A program made the translations under genes and the position numbers. 64,000 nt of DNA from an uncultured bacterium. GTDB taxonomy: Bacteria > Acidobacteriota > HRBIN11 > JAKEFK01. Location of the stretch: assembly GCA_963777505.1 (NCBI GenBank), contig CAVZQN010000004.1:1184001-1248000 (forward strand). The letters run 5' to 3'. Below the pieces are notes generated by a model that was given only the letters and a program-made list of their open reading frames with translations, made no database searches and was not told the origin of the DNA. How positions within the stretch are numbered: the stretch's first letter is position 1; the number at the start of each line of letters is the position of its first letter. Shown piece by piece: positions 41,501 through 51,183 of this stretch.

Positions 41501-42433
41501 CTAATCAGATGGAAATAAATTTTTCCAGTCTTTTTTCATATCGGCAAGCAACCAGCCATAACCGGCAGCTTCATCCAATCCTTTGTCCAATTGTCCGCTT
41601 AATACATGTTGACGATCGTACGCATACTCACGCTCTGCATCCGTGTGATGAACAATCAAACCAAATGAGGGTTTTTTGTCAGGACGGTTTATGGTTGTCC
41701 ACATGAGCATTTCGCGATCACCGTCTGAATTTCCAAAACAAGCAATCGGACGGCGTCCAATAAATTTATTGATTGCCGCCGGCTTTCCTGCCTTATCATC
41801 AAAAAAATCCAGTTCAGGATCACGCATCAAAACTGGAGTGCCTTCGCGCATTTCGAAATGTGTTTTGATTGTAGATCCGATGACTTGTTGCGGCGGAATG
41901 CCATAGACTTCTTCTGCAAAGACGCGCATAAATTCAACGCCGCCTCCGGAAACGATAAAAGTTATGAATCGATTCGCGCGTAGATATTCCAGAACTTCGA
42001 GCATCGGTTGGTAGACTGCTTTCGTAAATGGAATTCCTAACTTCGGATGTTTCGCTGTTTTCAACCAATCGCGAACGATTGCATTAAATTCTTCGGTTGT
42101 CATTCCTGCATGCGTCGCCATTGCAAGTTCTGCAATTCCTTTGATGCCCGTTGCCATTACGGCTTTCATGTCTCCTGCAAGTTTCGATTTGAATGGCTCA
42201 GTTGTTTTCCATTCCGGATGCTGGGGAAGAAGTGCTTTCAGACGATCATCTGCGAAAAACGCTTGAACTGGCACAGGCATTTCGCACCACAATGTTCCAT
42301 CGTTATCGAATACTGCAATACGCTCATTTTCCGGTACATATTCAGGTCCATTTTGAGTTGTAACCCGTTTCACAAAATCTAAGATCGCTTCTTTTGTTTT
42401 ACTGTCGTTCCATGACTGAAGAAACTCCGACAT
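41501..42433 (-). CDS. HAD-family phosphatase, cytoplasmic copy
   Basis: FDNDGTLW, IVSGGG, GKP, GNSDGD; likely ATG 42433. Confidence 0.9.
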   Translation of the reverse strand: MSEFLQSWNDSKTKEAILDFVKRVTTQNGPEYVPENERIAVFDNDGTLWCEMPVPVQAFFADDRLKALLPQHPEWKTTEPFKSKLAGDMKAVMATGIKGIAELAMATHAGMTTEEFNAIVRDWLKTAKHPKLGIPFTKAVYQPMLEVLEYLRANRFITFIVSGGGVEFMRVFAEEVYGIPPQQVIGSTIKTHFEMREGTPVLMRDPELDFFDDKAGKPAAINKFIGRRPIACFGNSDGDREMLMWTTINRPDKKPSFGLIVHHTDAEREYAYDRQHVLSGQLDKGLDEAAGYGWLLADMKKDWKNLFPSD

Positions 42434-42502
42434 AACGATTCCTCGATGAAGGTAAAAACCGGGCGACGAAGTTAGATCGACGCCCGGGATCATGATTAAA
42501 AA

Positions 42503-44089
42503 TTAATGGCCGGCACCGCCCGCAGCTTCGTTCATTTTTGCGAGTGCATCATCGATCGTGAAGCTCGCCGCCTTTTGTGCGGCAGGGAAGTCTTTGAATG
42601 TTTCGGCGAACTTTCCAGCAATCGTTTGTGCTGCGTAGATCATGTAGGCATGATACAAATACCAGTCGTAATAACTGTTCGATGTAACGTCGGCAAACTC
42701 ATACGGATCAGTTCGCAGGTTAAAGATCTTAGGCAGCCGCAAAGGCGTAAACGGCTCCGCCCACACTTGTAAGGTGCCGTGACAACGCTGCTCCATAAAT
42801 ACAATCTTCCAATTGTCATAACGGATCGCGAGCACGTCGCCGTCATCACTGAAATACATGAACAACTTACGCGGGCTTTCTTTTTGTTTGCCAGTTAGAT
42901 ACGGCAGCAGATTGAAACCGTCGATATGATTCTTGAATTTTTTGCCATTGGCAGTGTGTCCTTTTTTTAATTTCTCAACAACATCCGGTTCTCCGGCCAT
43001 CGCTAGAAACGTAGGCAACCAATCGTGATGCTGCACGATTTCGTTTGATACCGTTCCAGCCGGAATTTTGCCAGGCCACCGCACGATCATCGGAATTCGA
43101 AATGCGCCCTCCCAGTTCGTATTCTTTTCACTGCGGAATGGAGTCATACCGCCATCCGGCCAGGTGTTGCGGTGCGGACCGTTATCGGTCGAATACATTA
43201 CGAAGGTATTCTCTGCGATCCCTAGTTCATCCAGGTAGTCAAGCATTTGACCGACATTTTTATCGTGATCGATCATAGTATCGTGATAAGGCGACTGCCA
43301 GCGGCCGGCCTGGCCGAGGCTCTTTGATTTGGTATGCGTAATGCAGTGCATGTGAGTCGTATTGAGCCACACGAAGAAAGGCTTTCCTGCTTTGTCCTGT
43401 CGTTTAATAAAATCTTTTGCTGCGGCAACAAATTCATCATCACAAGTTTCCATCCGTTTCTTTGTGAGTGGACCGGTGTCTTTGATCTTCTGTTTGCCGA
43501 CTTTGCCCCAGCGCGGTTGTACAGTTGGATCGTCTTTGTCAGACGCCCAACATTGCATCACGCCACGTGGTCCGAAATTTTTCCTGAAGTTAGGGAAGTC
43601 TTTTTCGGGAGGATAGTCGTACATTTCGGGTTCCTCCTCCGCATTGAGATGATACAAATTCCCAAAGAACTCATCGAAACCATGCACAGTCGGCAGATAT
43701 TTGTTCATGTCTCCTAGGTGGTTCTTGCCAAACTGGCCTGTGGCGTAACCATGGTTCTTGAGCAATTCGGCAATTGTCACAGTTTCTGCCTGAAGACCGA
43801 CAGGTGCAGCAGGGATACCGACCTTGGACAGACCAGTCCGATATGGACTTTGCCCGGTGATGAATGATGATCGGCCTGCAGTGCAGCTTTGCTCACCGTA
43901 GGAATCCGTAAACATCATTCCTTCTCTTGCAAGACGATCAATGTTGGGTGTTTGATATCCCATTAATCCGTGTGAATAGCAACTGAGATTGGAGATACCA
44001 ATATCATCACCCCAGATGACAAGTATGTTTGGTTTTTGTGTGGATTTACTTGATTGCGTTTTACTTTTAGCGGTTCGACTTTTAGCCAT
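42503..44089 (-). CDS. Arylsulfatase (Cys-type), no signal peptide
   Basis: PNILVIWGDD, SCTAGR, GKNHLGD, TDNG. Confidence 0.93.
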   Translation of the reverse strand: MAKSRTAKSKTQSSKSTQKPNILVIWGDDIGISNLSCYSHGLMGYQTPNIDRLAREGMMFTDSYGEQSCTAGRSSFITGQSPYRTGLSKVGIPAAPVGLQAETVTIAELLKNHGYATGQFGKNHLGDMNKYLPTVHGFDEFFGNLYHLNAEEEPEMYDYPPEKDFPNFRKNFGPRGVMQCWASDKDDPTVQPRWGKVGKQKIKDTGPLTKKRMETCDDEFVAAAKDFIKRQDKAGKPFFVWLNTTHMHCITHTKSKSLGQAGRWQSPYHDTMIDHDKNVGQMLDYLDELGIAENTFVMYSTDNGPHRNTWPDGGMTPFRSEKNTNWEGAFRIPMIVRWPGKIPAGTVSNEIVQHHDWLPTFLAMAGEPDVVEKLKKGHTANGKKFKNHIDGFNLLPYLTGKQKESPRKLFMYFSDDGDVLAIRYDNWKIVFMEQRCHGTLQVWAEPFTPLRLPKIFNLRTDPYEFADVTSNSYYDWYLYHAYMIYAAQTIAGKFAETFKDFPAAQKAASFTIDDALAKMNEAAGGAGH

Positions 44090-44101
44090 AAGATTTTCTC
44101 C

Positions 44102-44566
44102 TTATCCGAATGGACCCATGTGAAAAACCATGCTCATGATCACAATAATGCCGATTATGAGCAGAAGAATTGCTGTCATTAAAGTTAACGATGGAGGAAA
44201 CAAGCTCTCCGCATGAACCAGTCCTTCTTCCTTCATTTTTAATCGTTCATGCCGGAGCCCAACCATAAATTGAATGTGATAAATGATTCCCGTAATTAAC
44301 ATCAAAACTCCAAGCACAACTAACCAGACTCCAAAATGGCGTGCTGGCGCAGCGCTACCTTGCAGCACATTTGATTCCTGTAGTTTTTTAAAGAATTGGA
44401 AAATCGTGAAACCGAAACTGATGAGTGAAAGAGAGGTTCGAATCACTGACATCAATGTACGATCGGCGCTCATCCGCGTACGTTGAAACGACATACCAGT
44501 GCGACGTGAAGACAGTTCTACGGATTTCAGCTCAGGATCAGTTATCTTTCTGGTCTGGCATTCCAT
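44102..44566 (-). CDS. DUF202/YidH membrane protein
   Basis: RTRMSADRTLMSVIRTSLSLISFGF. Confidence 0.88.
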   Translation of the reverse strand: MECQTRKITDPELKSVELSSRRTGMSFQRTRMSADRTLMSVIRTSLSLISFGFTIFQFFKKLQESNVLQGSAAPARHFGVWLVVLGVLMLITGIIYHIQFMVGLRHERLKMKEEGLVHAESLFPPSLTLMTAILLLIIGIIVIMSMVFHMGPFG

Positions 44567-44576
44567 CTCCTACTCA

Positions 44577-44978
44577 TTACTGACGAAAAATTACTGCAAT
44601 TAAGCTCGCGACACCAAGAATTGAAATTAGTGCCGCAACCAATGTTGCGAGAGAGAATTCCTGGTAGATGTATTGTTTCCTAAAATTCCGCATGTATTGC
44701 CAATTCTGGAGAGTGGCAAACAGAAGTGAAACCAACGCGATGGTGATCAAGAACATTGCGAAATATCGTGGTCCGAAAACTCGATGCACTGGTGGGTGTG
44801 TTCCGCTTTCATGTAGATACTGAAAAAATTTATAGATTGTGAATCCGAAACTGATTAATGATGCCGAAGTTCTGACCCACGCCATCAAGGTTCGCTCGTG
44901 AGCGAGCTGCGTACGATCCAATGCAAGTTGATTTGAATCTATTTTTTGCGCCGCAATTTCTTTGGAAGTGTCCGCCAT
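44577..44978 (-). CDS. DUF202/YidH membrane protein
   Basis: RTQLAHERTLMAWVRTS. Confidence 0.9.
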   Translation of the reverse strand: MADTSKEIAAQKIDSNQLALDRTQLAHERTLMAWVRTSASLISFGFTIYKFFQYLHESGTHPPVHRVFGPRYFAMFLITIALVSLLFATLQNWQYMRNFRKQYIYQEFSLATLVAALISILGVASLIAVIFRQ

Positions 44979-45075
44979 CTAATTCGCCTCCACTTGAATT
45001 CGATATTTCAGAAACAAACGCAAGAAGGACCCAGGTTCAATCCCAGATCCTTTTTGCTAGCTATATTCGTTTAAA

Positions 45076-46635
45076 TTAGTTGCTGCTACCGTGAGGGTTT
45101 TCCATTTTCCTTTGAGCTTGCTCAAGAGCTTTATGCATACTCAGCGTGTCGGCGCCTTGAGATGGGGGAAACTCCATCATGCTTTTAAGATGCGCAGCAA
45201 TGATAGGCCCACCAGCTGTGGGCGCCCACAACTTTGAACCGAAGAACTTGCGGCCTATGTAACCCCATTCATGCGATTCAGGATCCATTTTTTCCAACGG
45301 GTCCATGCGTAGATTGAAAATGTATGGAACGCTTGGATAATACTTTTCATTCCACCAGCTTCCCTCTCGCTTCACTCCGATGTGCATCTTCCAGTTGCCA
45401 ACGCGGACTGCCATCAGGTCAGTTTCGTCATAGTAGAAAATTTCTTTTCGAGCTGATTTTTCCGATTTACCAGTCCAGTGATCAATGTTGTTGTAGCCGT
45501 CAAGATGAACCTTGTATGTGGTGTCACCCATCTTGTAACCTTTGAGCAACTTGTCTTTTAAATCTGGTAATCCTGCTGCCGCGGCAAGCGTAGCGAATAG
45601 GTCTTCATGGCTTTGGATTTCGTTCGAGACGCTTCCGGCCGGAATTTGTCCGGGCCAGCGAATTAAGCAAGGCACGCGTAGTCCGCCTTCCCATGTGGTA
45701 CCTTTTTCTCCACGGTATGGTGCATAGCCGCCGTCAGGCCATAGCATGAGCTCATTTCCGTTATCGGTTGTGTAAATGACAATTGTGTTGTCCGCGACGC
45801 CTAGATCTTCCAATTTCTTGAGCAACGCTCCGATCTGTTCATCGTGTTCGATCATCTTTGCACGGACAACATCTTCTTCCGCTCGTCCTTCATCAACTGC
45901 CATCTGAACGTACTTTTTCTGCGGATGCGAGAAGATGTGAATTGCAGTTGTGTTGAACCAACAAAAGAATGGTTTATCACCTTTGCCATTGCGATCCAGC
46001 CAGTTCAACGTATGATCAAGAACTTCGGAATCGAAAGTTTCCATACGTTTGCGAGTTAGCGGTCCGGTGTTTTCGATTTTTTGTTTGCCTACACGTCCGA
46101 ACTTCGGATCTTCCGATGGATCATCCTCATTCGTCGCCCACGCATGAAGTACGCCGCGTGGTCCGAACTTCTTCAAGTACTCAGGATTCTTCTGACCTGG
46201 ATAATCGAGTTCTTCCGGTTCTTCTTCTGCGTTGAGGTGATAGAGATTACCGAACCATTCATCAAATCCATGAACAGTTGGCAGAAATTCGTTACGATCG
46301 CCGAGGTGGTTTTTTCCAAATTGACTCGTCACATATCCTTGCGATTTAAGTACTTCTGCAAGAGTTGGATCACTCTTTTGAATCCCGCGCGTTGATCCAG
46401 GAATGCCGATCGTGGTCATTCCTGTGCGGACGGGAAATTGGCCCATGATAAATGCTGCACGTCCGGCAGTGCAGCTTGGTTGTGCGTAATGATCGGTGAA
46501 CAGGATACCTTCCTTGCCGACTTTGTCGATATTGGGAGTTTTACCCATCATCCCATGCGTATAAAGACCGACATTCCACGTACCAATGTCATCGCCAAAG
46601 ATTACGAGGATGTTCGGTTTGTCTGTTTTTGCCAT
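45076..46635 (-). CDS. Arylsulfatase (Cys-type), no signal peptide
   Basis: PNILVIFGDD, SCTAGR, GKNHLGD, TDNG. Confidence 0.93.
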   Translation of the reverse strand: MAKTDKPNILVIFGDDIGTWNVGLYTHGMMGKTPNIDKVGKEGILFTDHYAQPSCTAGRAAFIMGQFPVRTGMTTIGIPGSTRGIQKSDPTLAEVLKSQGYVTSQFGKNHLGDRNEFLPTVHGFDEWFGNLYHLNAEEEPEELDYPGQKNPEYLKKFGPRGVLHAWATNEDDPSEDPKFGRVGKQKIENTGPLTRKRMETFDSEVLDHTLNWLDRNGKGDKPFFCWFNTTAIHIFSHPQKKYVQMAVDEGRAEEDVVRAKMIEHDEQIGALLKKLEDLGVADNTIVIYTTDNGNELMLWPDGGYAPYRGEKGTTWEGGLRVPCLIRWPGQIPAGSVSNEIQSHEDLFATLAAAAGLPDLKDKLLKGYKMGDTTYKVHLDGYNNIDHWTGKSEKSARKEIFYYDETDLMAVRVGNWKMHIGVKREGSWWNEKYYPSVPYIFNLRMDPLEKMDPESHEWGYIGRKFFGSKLWAPTAGGPIIAAHLKSMMEFPPSQGADTLSMHKALEQAQRKMENPHGSSN

Positions 46636-46710
46636 AAATTTTGACTCCTTATGCCAGATGTTTTGGCTCTTTCTGAATTATTTGTGGCGTTCTTTCATAG
46701 AATGCCTTTA

Positions 46711-47688
46711 TCATTTTTGTTTTGGACGAACGATGCAACGGATTCCAAGATGACATGTTGAAGTATCAATTGGTTGAGCCATGCGTGCGGCAGGCCGATA
46801 ACGCAAACAATAATTTGGTGCGCATAAATAGGAACCCCCTTTCATTACTTTGCGTGGGATTTTCACATTCGGTGTTCGCGGATCATAGCTCTTTTCGGGA
46901 TCACCAACTCTCGGATTGATTGCACCACAACAGGATTTAACGATCTGGTTATGTTCCTGATACCAATCCGTAGTCCATTCCCAAACATTTCCACCCATGT
47001 CATACAATCCGTATCCATTGGGTGGAAATGAACCAACTGGTGCAGTCCATTCGTAGCCATCCGATAAAAGATTTTCGTTTGGAAATTCACCTTGCCAGGT
47101 GTTTGCCATCATCTGGCCATTGGGAGAAGAATCATCGCCCCAGGTGTAAGTTGCACCTTCCAATCCACCGCGCGCAGCAAATTCCCACTCCGCTTCAGTC
47201 GGCAATTCCTTGCCTGCCCACTTTGCATATGCAATAGCATCGCTGAATGCAACGTGAACTACCGGATGATTCCCGAGTCCTTCAATCGAACTTTCGGGAC
47301 CGCGCGGATGACGCCAATCTGCACCCGGTATGTAAGTCCACCAATTGTATGGATTGCTTAAATCCACACGATGACTCGGTTTTTGAAATACAACGGACGC
47401 AGGTACCAGCATTTCTGGTAATGCACCCGGATAATCTTCAGCTTTTGGTGGACGCTCCGCAGATGTGACGCGACCGGTTTTTTCAATGAACAGGCTAAAT
47501 TGATCGTTGGTAATTGTGTGTTGGTCCATCCAGAATCCATCTACAACCACTTCATGAACCGGTGCTTCTTCGCGATAGTGATCATCCGAACCCATTTGAA
47601 ACTTGCCGCCAGGAATCCAGATCATGCCTTCAAATGGCGGCGCGCCTGCAACCTCCGTATCGATCTGTTTTTTTGAATGTTGCGTCAT
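46711..47688 (-). CDS. Formylglycine-generating enzyme, cytoplasmic
   Basis: LPTEAEWE, NVWEW, KGGSYLCAPNYC. Confidence 0.92.
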   Translation of the reverse strand: MTQHSKKQIDTEVAGAPPFEGMIWIPGGKFQMGSDDHYREEAPVHEVVVDGFWMDQHTITNDQFSLFIEKTGRVTSAERPPKAEDYPGALPEMLVPASVVFQKPSHRVDLSNPYNWWTYIPGADWRHPRGPESSIEGLGNHPVVHVAFSDAIAYAKWAGKELPTEAEWEFAARGGLEGATYTWGDDSSPNGQMMANTWQGEFPNENLLSDGYEWTAPVGSFPPNGYGLYDMGGNVWEWTTDWYQEHNQIVKSCCGAINPRVGDPEKSYDPRTPNVKIPRKVMKGGSYLCAPNYCLRYRPAARMAQPIDTSTCHLGIRCIVRPKQK

Positions 47689-48575
47689 TACTTTGAAATA
47701 ACTGGTTGGTTCGCAAGCTGTGATTCTTCTTCGTCTCGAAACGCAAATTTTGTAACCAGTGAAAATAAGAAGTTCATTGGAATCGAAATTCCGCTGAAAG
47801 CAAGAATGGGAACGAATACATTTGTCCCGGAGAAATCATGAATCGCAATCGGCAAGCAAACACCGACATTCCGCAAACTTGTCGCGATTGCCATCGTTTT
47901 CTTATCGCGCACTTCTTTGCCACCCAGAATCCACCCGATTGTCCAGGAAATAATTACGAGAAGTGCAATGAAAGCCACTCCATTGATTCCCATTGATTTC
48001 ATCGCCGGTTTTTTCGCGCCGGATGAAAGAAAAGTTACGAGAACAAAGAGAACAATCGATAACGTTCCAATGAATTTGGCAAGCTTTTCAGCGCGGTCAG
48101 TCTGCATGTGTTGAGCCAACCATTTTCCCAATAAGATGGGTAACGGAATTAACATCAGTAACAAAAACATCAACCTTAAAATGCGGACGATCTTTTGGTC
48201 AGCACCAAGAAAAAACTGTGCGAAAAGGGGAGTAAAAATGATTCCAACAACAGCAAGTAAAATCAAAAGCGCAACGGCTAAATGAACGTTGCCTTTTGAT
48301 ACCCGTGCGAAATTTAAAGCGAATAAACCGCCAGGAGCAAAAGCTAGAAGCAACAGCCCGGTTTTAATATCTGGAGATAAGGTGAAGACCTTCAACAGAA
48401 TCAAACAAACGACCGGAACTAAAACAAGGTTAGCGAACAGCGCATTAAAAATGAATTTCGGACTTTTTAGTAGTGTGATGATTTCGTTGGGTTTTGTTTC
48501 AAGGCCAACCGAAAACATGTAGACAATCAGAAAGAGGTAAGATAAAACCTGAATGTATGTAGGGAGTATTTCCAT
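47688..48575 (-). CDS. Bile acid:sodium symporter (BASS) family transporter
   Basis: MFSVGL, ANLVLVP, APGG, LRNVG; multi-TM. Confidence 0.85.
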   Translation of the reverse strand: MEILPTYIQVLSYLFLIVYMFSVGLETKPNEIITLLKSPKFIFNALFANLVLVPVVCLILLKVFTLSPDIKTGLLLLAFAPGGLFALNFARVSKGNVHLAVALLILLAVVGIIFTPLFAQFFLGADQKIVRILRLMFLLLMLIPLPILLGKWLAQHMQTDRAEKLAKFIGTLSIVLFVLVTFLSSGAKKPAMKSMGINGVAFIALLVIISWTIGWILGGKEVRDKKTMAIATSLRNVGVCLPIAIHDFSGTNVFVPILAFSGISIPMNFLFSLVTKFAFRDEEESQLANQPVISK

Positions 48576-48665
48576 TGGGAATCCATCCCCCTACACCGTC
48601 CCGCGAGGCTCAACACGCACAAAAAGCCTCACATTCAATTTATTAATGGTTCGATAAAACTACCA

Positions 48666-48681
48666 TTGGACTTTAGTCCAT
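48666..48681. promoter_or_regulatory. Palindromic box 9, TTGGACTTTAGTCCAT
   Basis: Heads the BASS-FGE-sulfatase gene run. Confidence 0.82.
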
Positions 48682-48721
48682 ATTCCTTGGTGAGGTGAAG
48701 TGTTGTATGGCGAGAGTTATA

Positions 48722-49723
48722 TTACTTGAAAATCTGCTTCCAATCATTTTTTATGCTGACAACAATCCATTTGCGTTGGATTGCTTCATCCCATGCCTTG
48801 TCCAATTTTCCAATATGAGATTTTCGATCGTAAGAGAATTCTCTTTCGGCATCATCATGATGCACGATGAGCATTAATCTAGAACCCGATCCTGCAGCAG
48901 CGTATTGAAGCATTTGCAGATCCCCATCAGAATTTCCGAAAGCAAGAATCGGACGGCGTCCGATAAATCTGTTGATTCCTACCGGTTTTCCTTCTTTATC
49001 ATCAATGAATTCAATTTCAGGCAATTTCACCAGGACAGGCCTTCCGTTACGCATTTCAAGTTTTGTTTTGCCTGAGGAACCAACAACCTGCTCCGGCGGA
49101 ATTCCATAAACGTTTTCAGTCCACGGCCGCATGAATTCGATCCCACCGCCTGAAACAATAAATGTTTTGAATCCATTTGCGCGCAAATAAGAAAGAAGTT
49201 CAATTTGTGGTTGATAAACCAATTCCGTATAGGACCGTTGAAACTTTGGATGTTTCGCAGTTTTTGTCCAATCGGAAACGATCTTTGAAAATTCTTCAGT
49301 GGTCATTCCGGAATGTGTAACGACCATGATTTCACCTATTGCTTTTTCGCCACCCGCAAGTGCCCCTTTCAAATCTCCCGCAAGGATCGATTTAAAAGGC
49401 TCTTTTTCTTTCCACTCCGGATGTTGAGAAGAGAGCGTCTTGATTCGATCGATCGCAAATGCTAGTTGAAAATAAAGAGGCTGTTCACACCAAAGGGTTC
49501 CATCATTGTCGAATGTAGCGATTCTTTCCGCGGGTGCCACATATTTCTCTCCACCTTCTTTTGTTACATCAGCAACAAATTGCAGGATTGCTTTCTTCGT
49601 AGAACCCTCATTCCATGAAGGCAGCGGATCTTCGGCTGCAAAGCTAAAAGAGGTACAAAGCGTTACTAAGAATGTAGCAATTGCGCAAATTCGAATTGAT
49701 TTACGTCTTTGCGGTTGATTCAT
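48722..49723 (-). CDS. HAD-family phosphatase, secreted copy
   Basis: Signal peptide from ATG 49723 (ATGA overlap with the ppk2 stop); FDNDGTLW, GNSDGD. Confidence 0.9.
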   Translation of the reverse strand: MNQPQRRKSIRICAIATFLVTLCTSFSFAAEDPLPSWNEGSTKKAILQFVADVTKEGGEKYVAPAERIATFDNDGTLWCEQPLYFQLAFAIDRIKTLSSQHPEWKEKEPFKSILAGDLKGALAGGEKAIGEIMVVTHSGMTTEEFSKIVSDWTKTAKHPKFQRSYTELVYQPQIELLSYLRANGFKTFIVSGGGIEFMRPWTENVYGIPPEQVVGSSGKTKLEMRNGRPVLVKLPEIEFIDDKEGKPVGINRFIGRRPILAFGNSDGDLQMLQYAAAGSGSRLMLIVHHDDAEREFSYDRKSHIGKLDKAWDEAIQRKWIVVSIKNDWKQIFK

Positions 49724-50619
49724 TTTTCGTCTAGCAGCGCTTGTCTTGCGAGTTGCAGCTCCTTCTTCTGTTTCGCATCTACTATGGGAAAATGAAGATC
49801 CATTTCCATTAAAGCATCTGCAACTGCGGCGGCAACCACCAGACGCCCAAACCACTTATGATCGTTCGGCACAACATACCAGGGTGCATTCTCTGTGGCG
49901 GTGTTCCGGATCATATCATCGTATGCATTCATGTATTCTTTCCAGAACTCGCGCTCTTTCGCATCTTTAATTGAAAACTTCCAATTCTTTTCAGGACGTT
50001 CCAAACGTTCCAGAAAACGTTCCTTCTGTTCCTTTTTTGAAATATGGAGAAAGAATTTTACAACCGCTATACCGTTGCGAGTTAAATAGCGCTCAAAACT
50101 TCTGATGTCTCTAAATCGCTGGTTCCAGATATCCTTTGTTACCATAGACGGTGGTAACTTTTGGGCATTCAAAATATCCGAATGAACGCGCACAACAAGA
50201 GTCTCTTCATAGTAAGAACGATTAAAAATTCCAATGCGTCCACGTTCGGGTAAGCAGCGTGTGGTTCTCCAAAGATAATCATGATCCAGATCTTCATCCG
50301 AAGGTTTCTTGAATGAATAAACCTGGCAACCTTGAGGATTAATTCCTGACATTACGTGTTTGATCGTGCTGTCTTTTCCGGCCGCATCCATGGCTTGAAA
50401 AACTAAGAGCAGGCCCCAGCGATCCTGCGCATAGAGTTTTTCCTGAAGTTCTCGTACAAGTTCTACACCTTTTTCCAACCATTCTATTGCTTCAGGTTTC
50501 GATTCTGATTCAAAACCACCACTATCATCAGGATCAAAATCTTTTAACCTGAATTTTTTCCCGTCATCCACTCGGTATGGCTTAATGAATTTTCTAACTC
50601 TCTTGCTATCTAGTTTCAT
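49720..50619 (-). CDS. ppk2: Polyphosphate kinase 2 family protein
   Basis: QAMDAAGKDS, FNRSYYEE, NWKFS, PWYVVP. Confidence 0.93.
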   Translation of the reverse strand: MKLDSKRVRKFIKPYRVDDGKKFRLKDFDPDDSGGFESESKPEAIEWLEKGVELVRELQEKLYAQDRWGLLLVFQAMDAAGKDSTIKHVMSGINPQGCQVYSFKKPSDEDLDHDYLWRTTRCLPERGRIGIFNRSYYEETLVVRVHSDILNAQKLPPSMVTKDIWNQRFRDIRSFERYLTRNGIAVVKFFLHISKKEQKERFLERLERPEKNWKFSIKDAKEREFWKEYMNAYDDMIRNTATENAPWYVVPNDHKWFGRLVVAAAVADALMEMDLHFPIVDAKQKKELQLARQALLDEK

Positions 50620-50780
50620 TTGATTTTGACTTCCTTTGGTTAATAGTTATATCTATGATAAATCTCTACTTGCGAAAACAGAATACCTCCGTAAATCTAC
50701 TGCCAATTTATATCAGGATTTTTCGTGATGCGAGATTTTTGGATTTGTGTTTTGATACAGTAAAGTTGTCATGAGGCATT

Positions 50781-51182
50781 TTGGCTCATAAAATGAATGC
50801 AAATGGGCTTCTCATTCATATCGTTGATGATGAAGAGCCTATACGTAAAGCTTTATCGCGACTTTTTCTTGCAGCCGGTTTTCGAGTGAATACTTTTGCC
50901 AGCGGTGATGAATTTCTGAAATCACTTCGATCCAATTTTCCCGATTGCCTCATCCTGGATTTACACATGCCTGGTTTGTCCGGCCTAGATATCCTGCACC
51001 GACTGGCTCAAGAAGGCATTCGACTCCCAACAGTAATCATTACGGGACACGATGAACCTGGAGTGAGAGAAAGAGCTTTACGTGCAGGTGCTCTAGATTA
51101 CTTACCGAAGCCTCTTGAGGGACGTGAACTGATTCGCAGAGTGACTGAAGCTGCAAAATCAGGCGGGACGGTTGAAGAGTGA
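50781..51182 (+). CDS. Single-domain response regulator receiver
   Basis: IVDDE, LDLHMPG, ITGHD, LPKP. Confidence 0.88.
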   Translation: MAHKMNANGLLIHIVDDEEPIRKALSRLFLAAGFRVNTFASGDEFLKSLRSNFPDCLILDLHMPGLSGLDILHRLAQEGIRLPTVIITGHDEPGVRERALRAGALDYLPKPLEGRELIRRVTEAAKSGGTVEE

Positions 51183-51183
51183 C

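Noticed and set aside
18512-48681. Repeated palindrome as a CRISPR repeat, attC array or transposon end
   Set aside because: Copies are 16 bp, irregularly spaced 0.8-13 kb apart and in promoter positions; no cas, integrase or transposase gene is present
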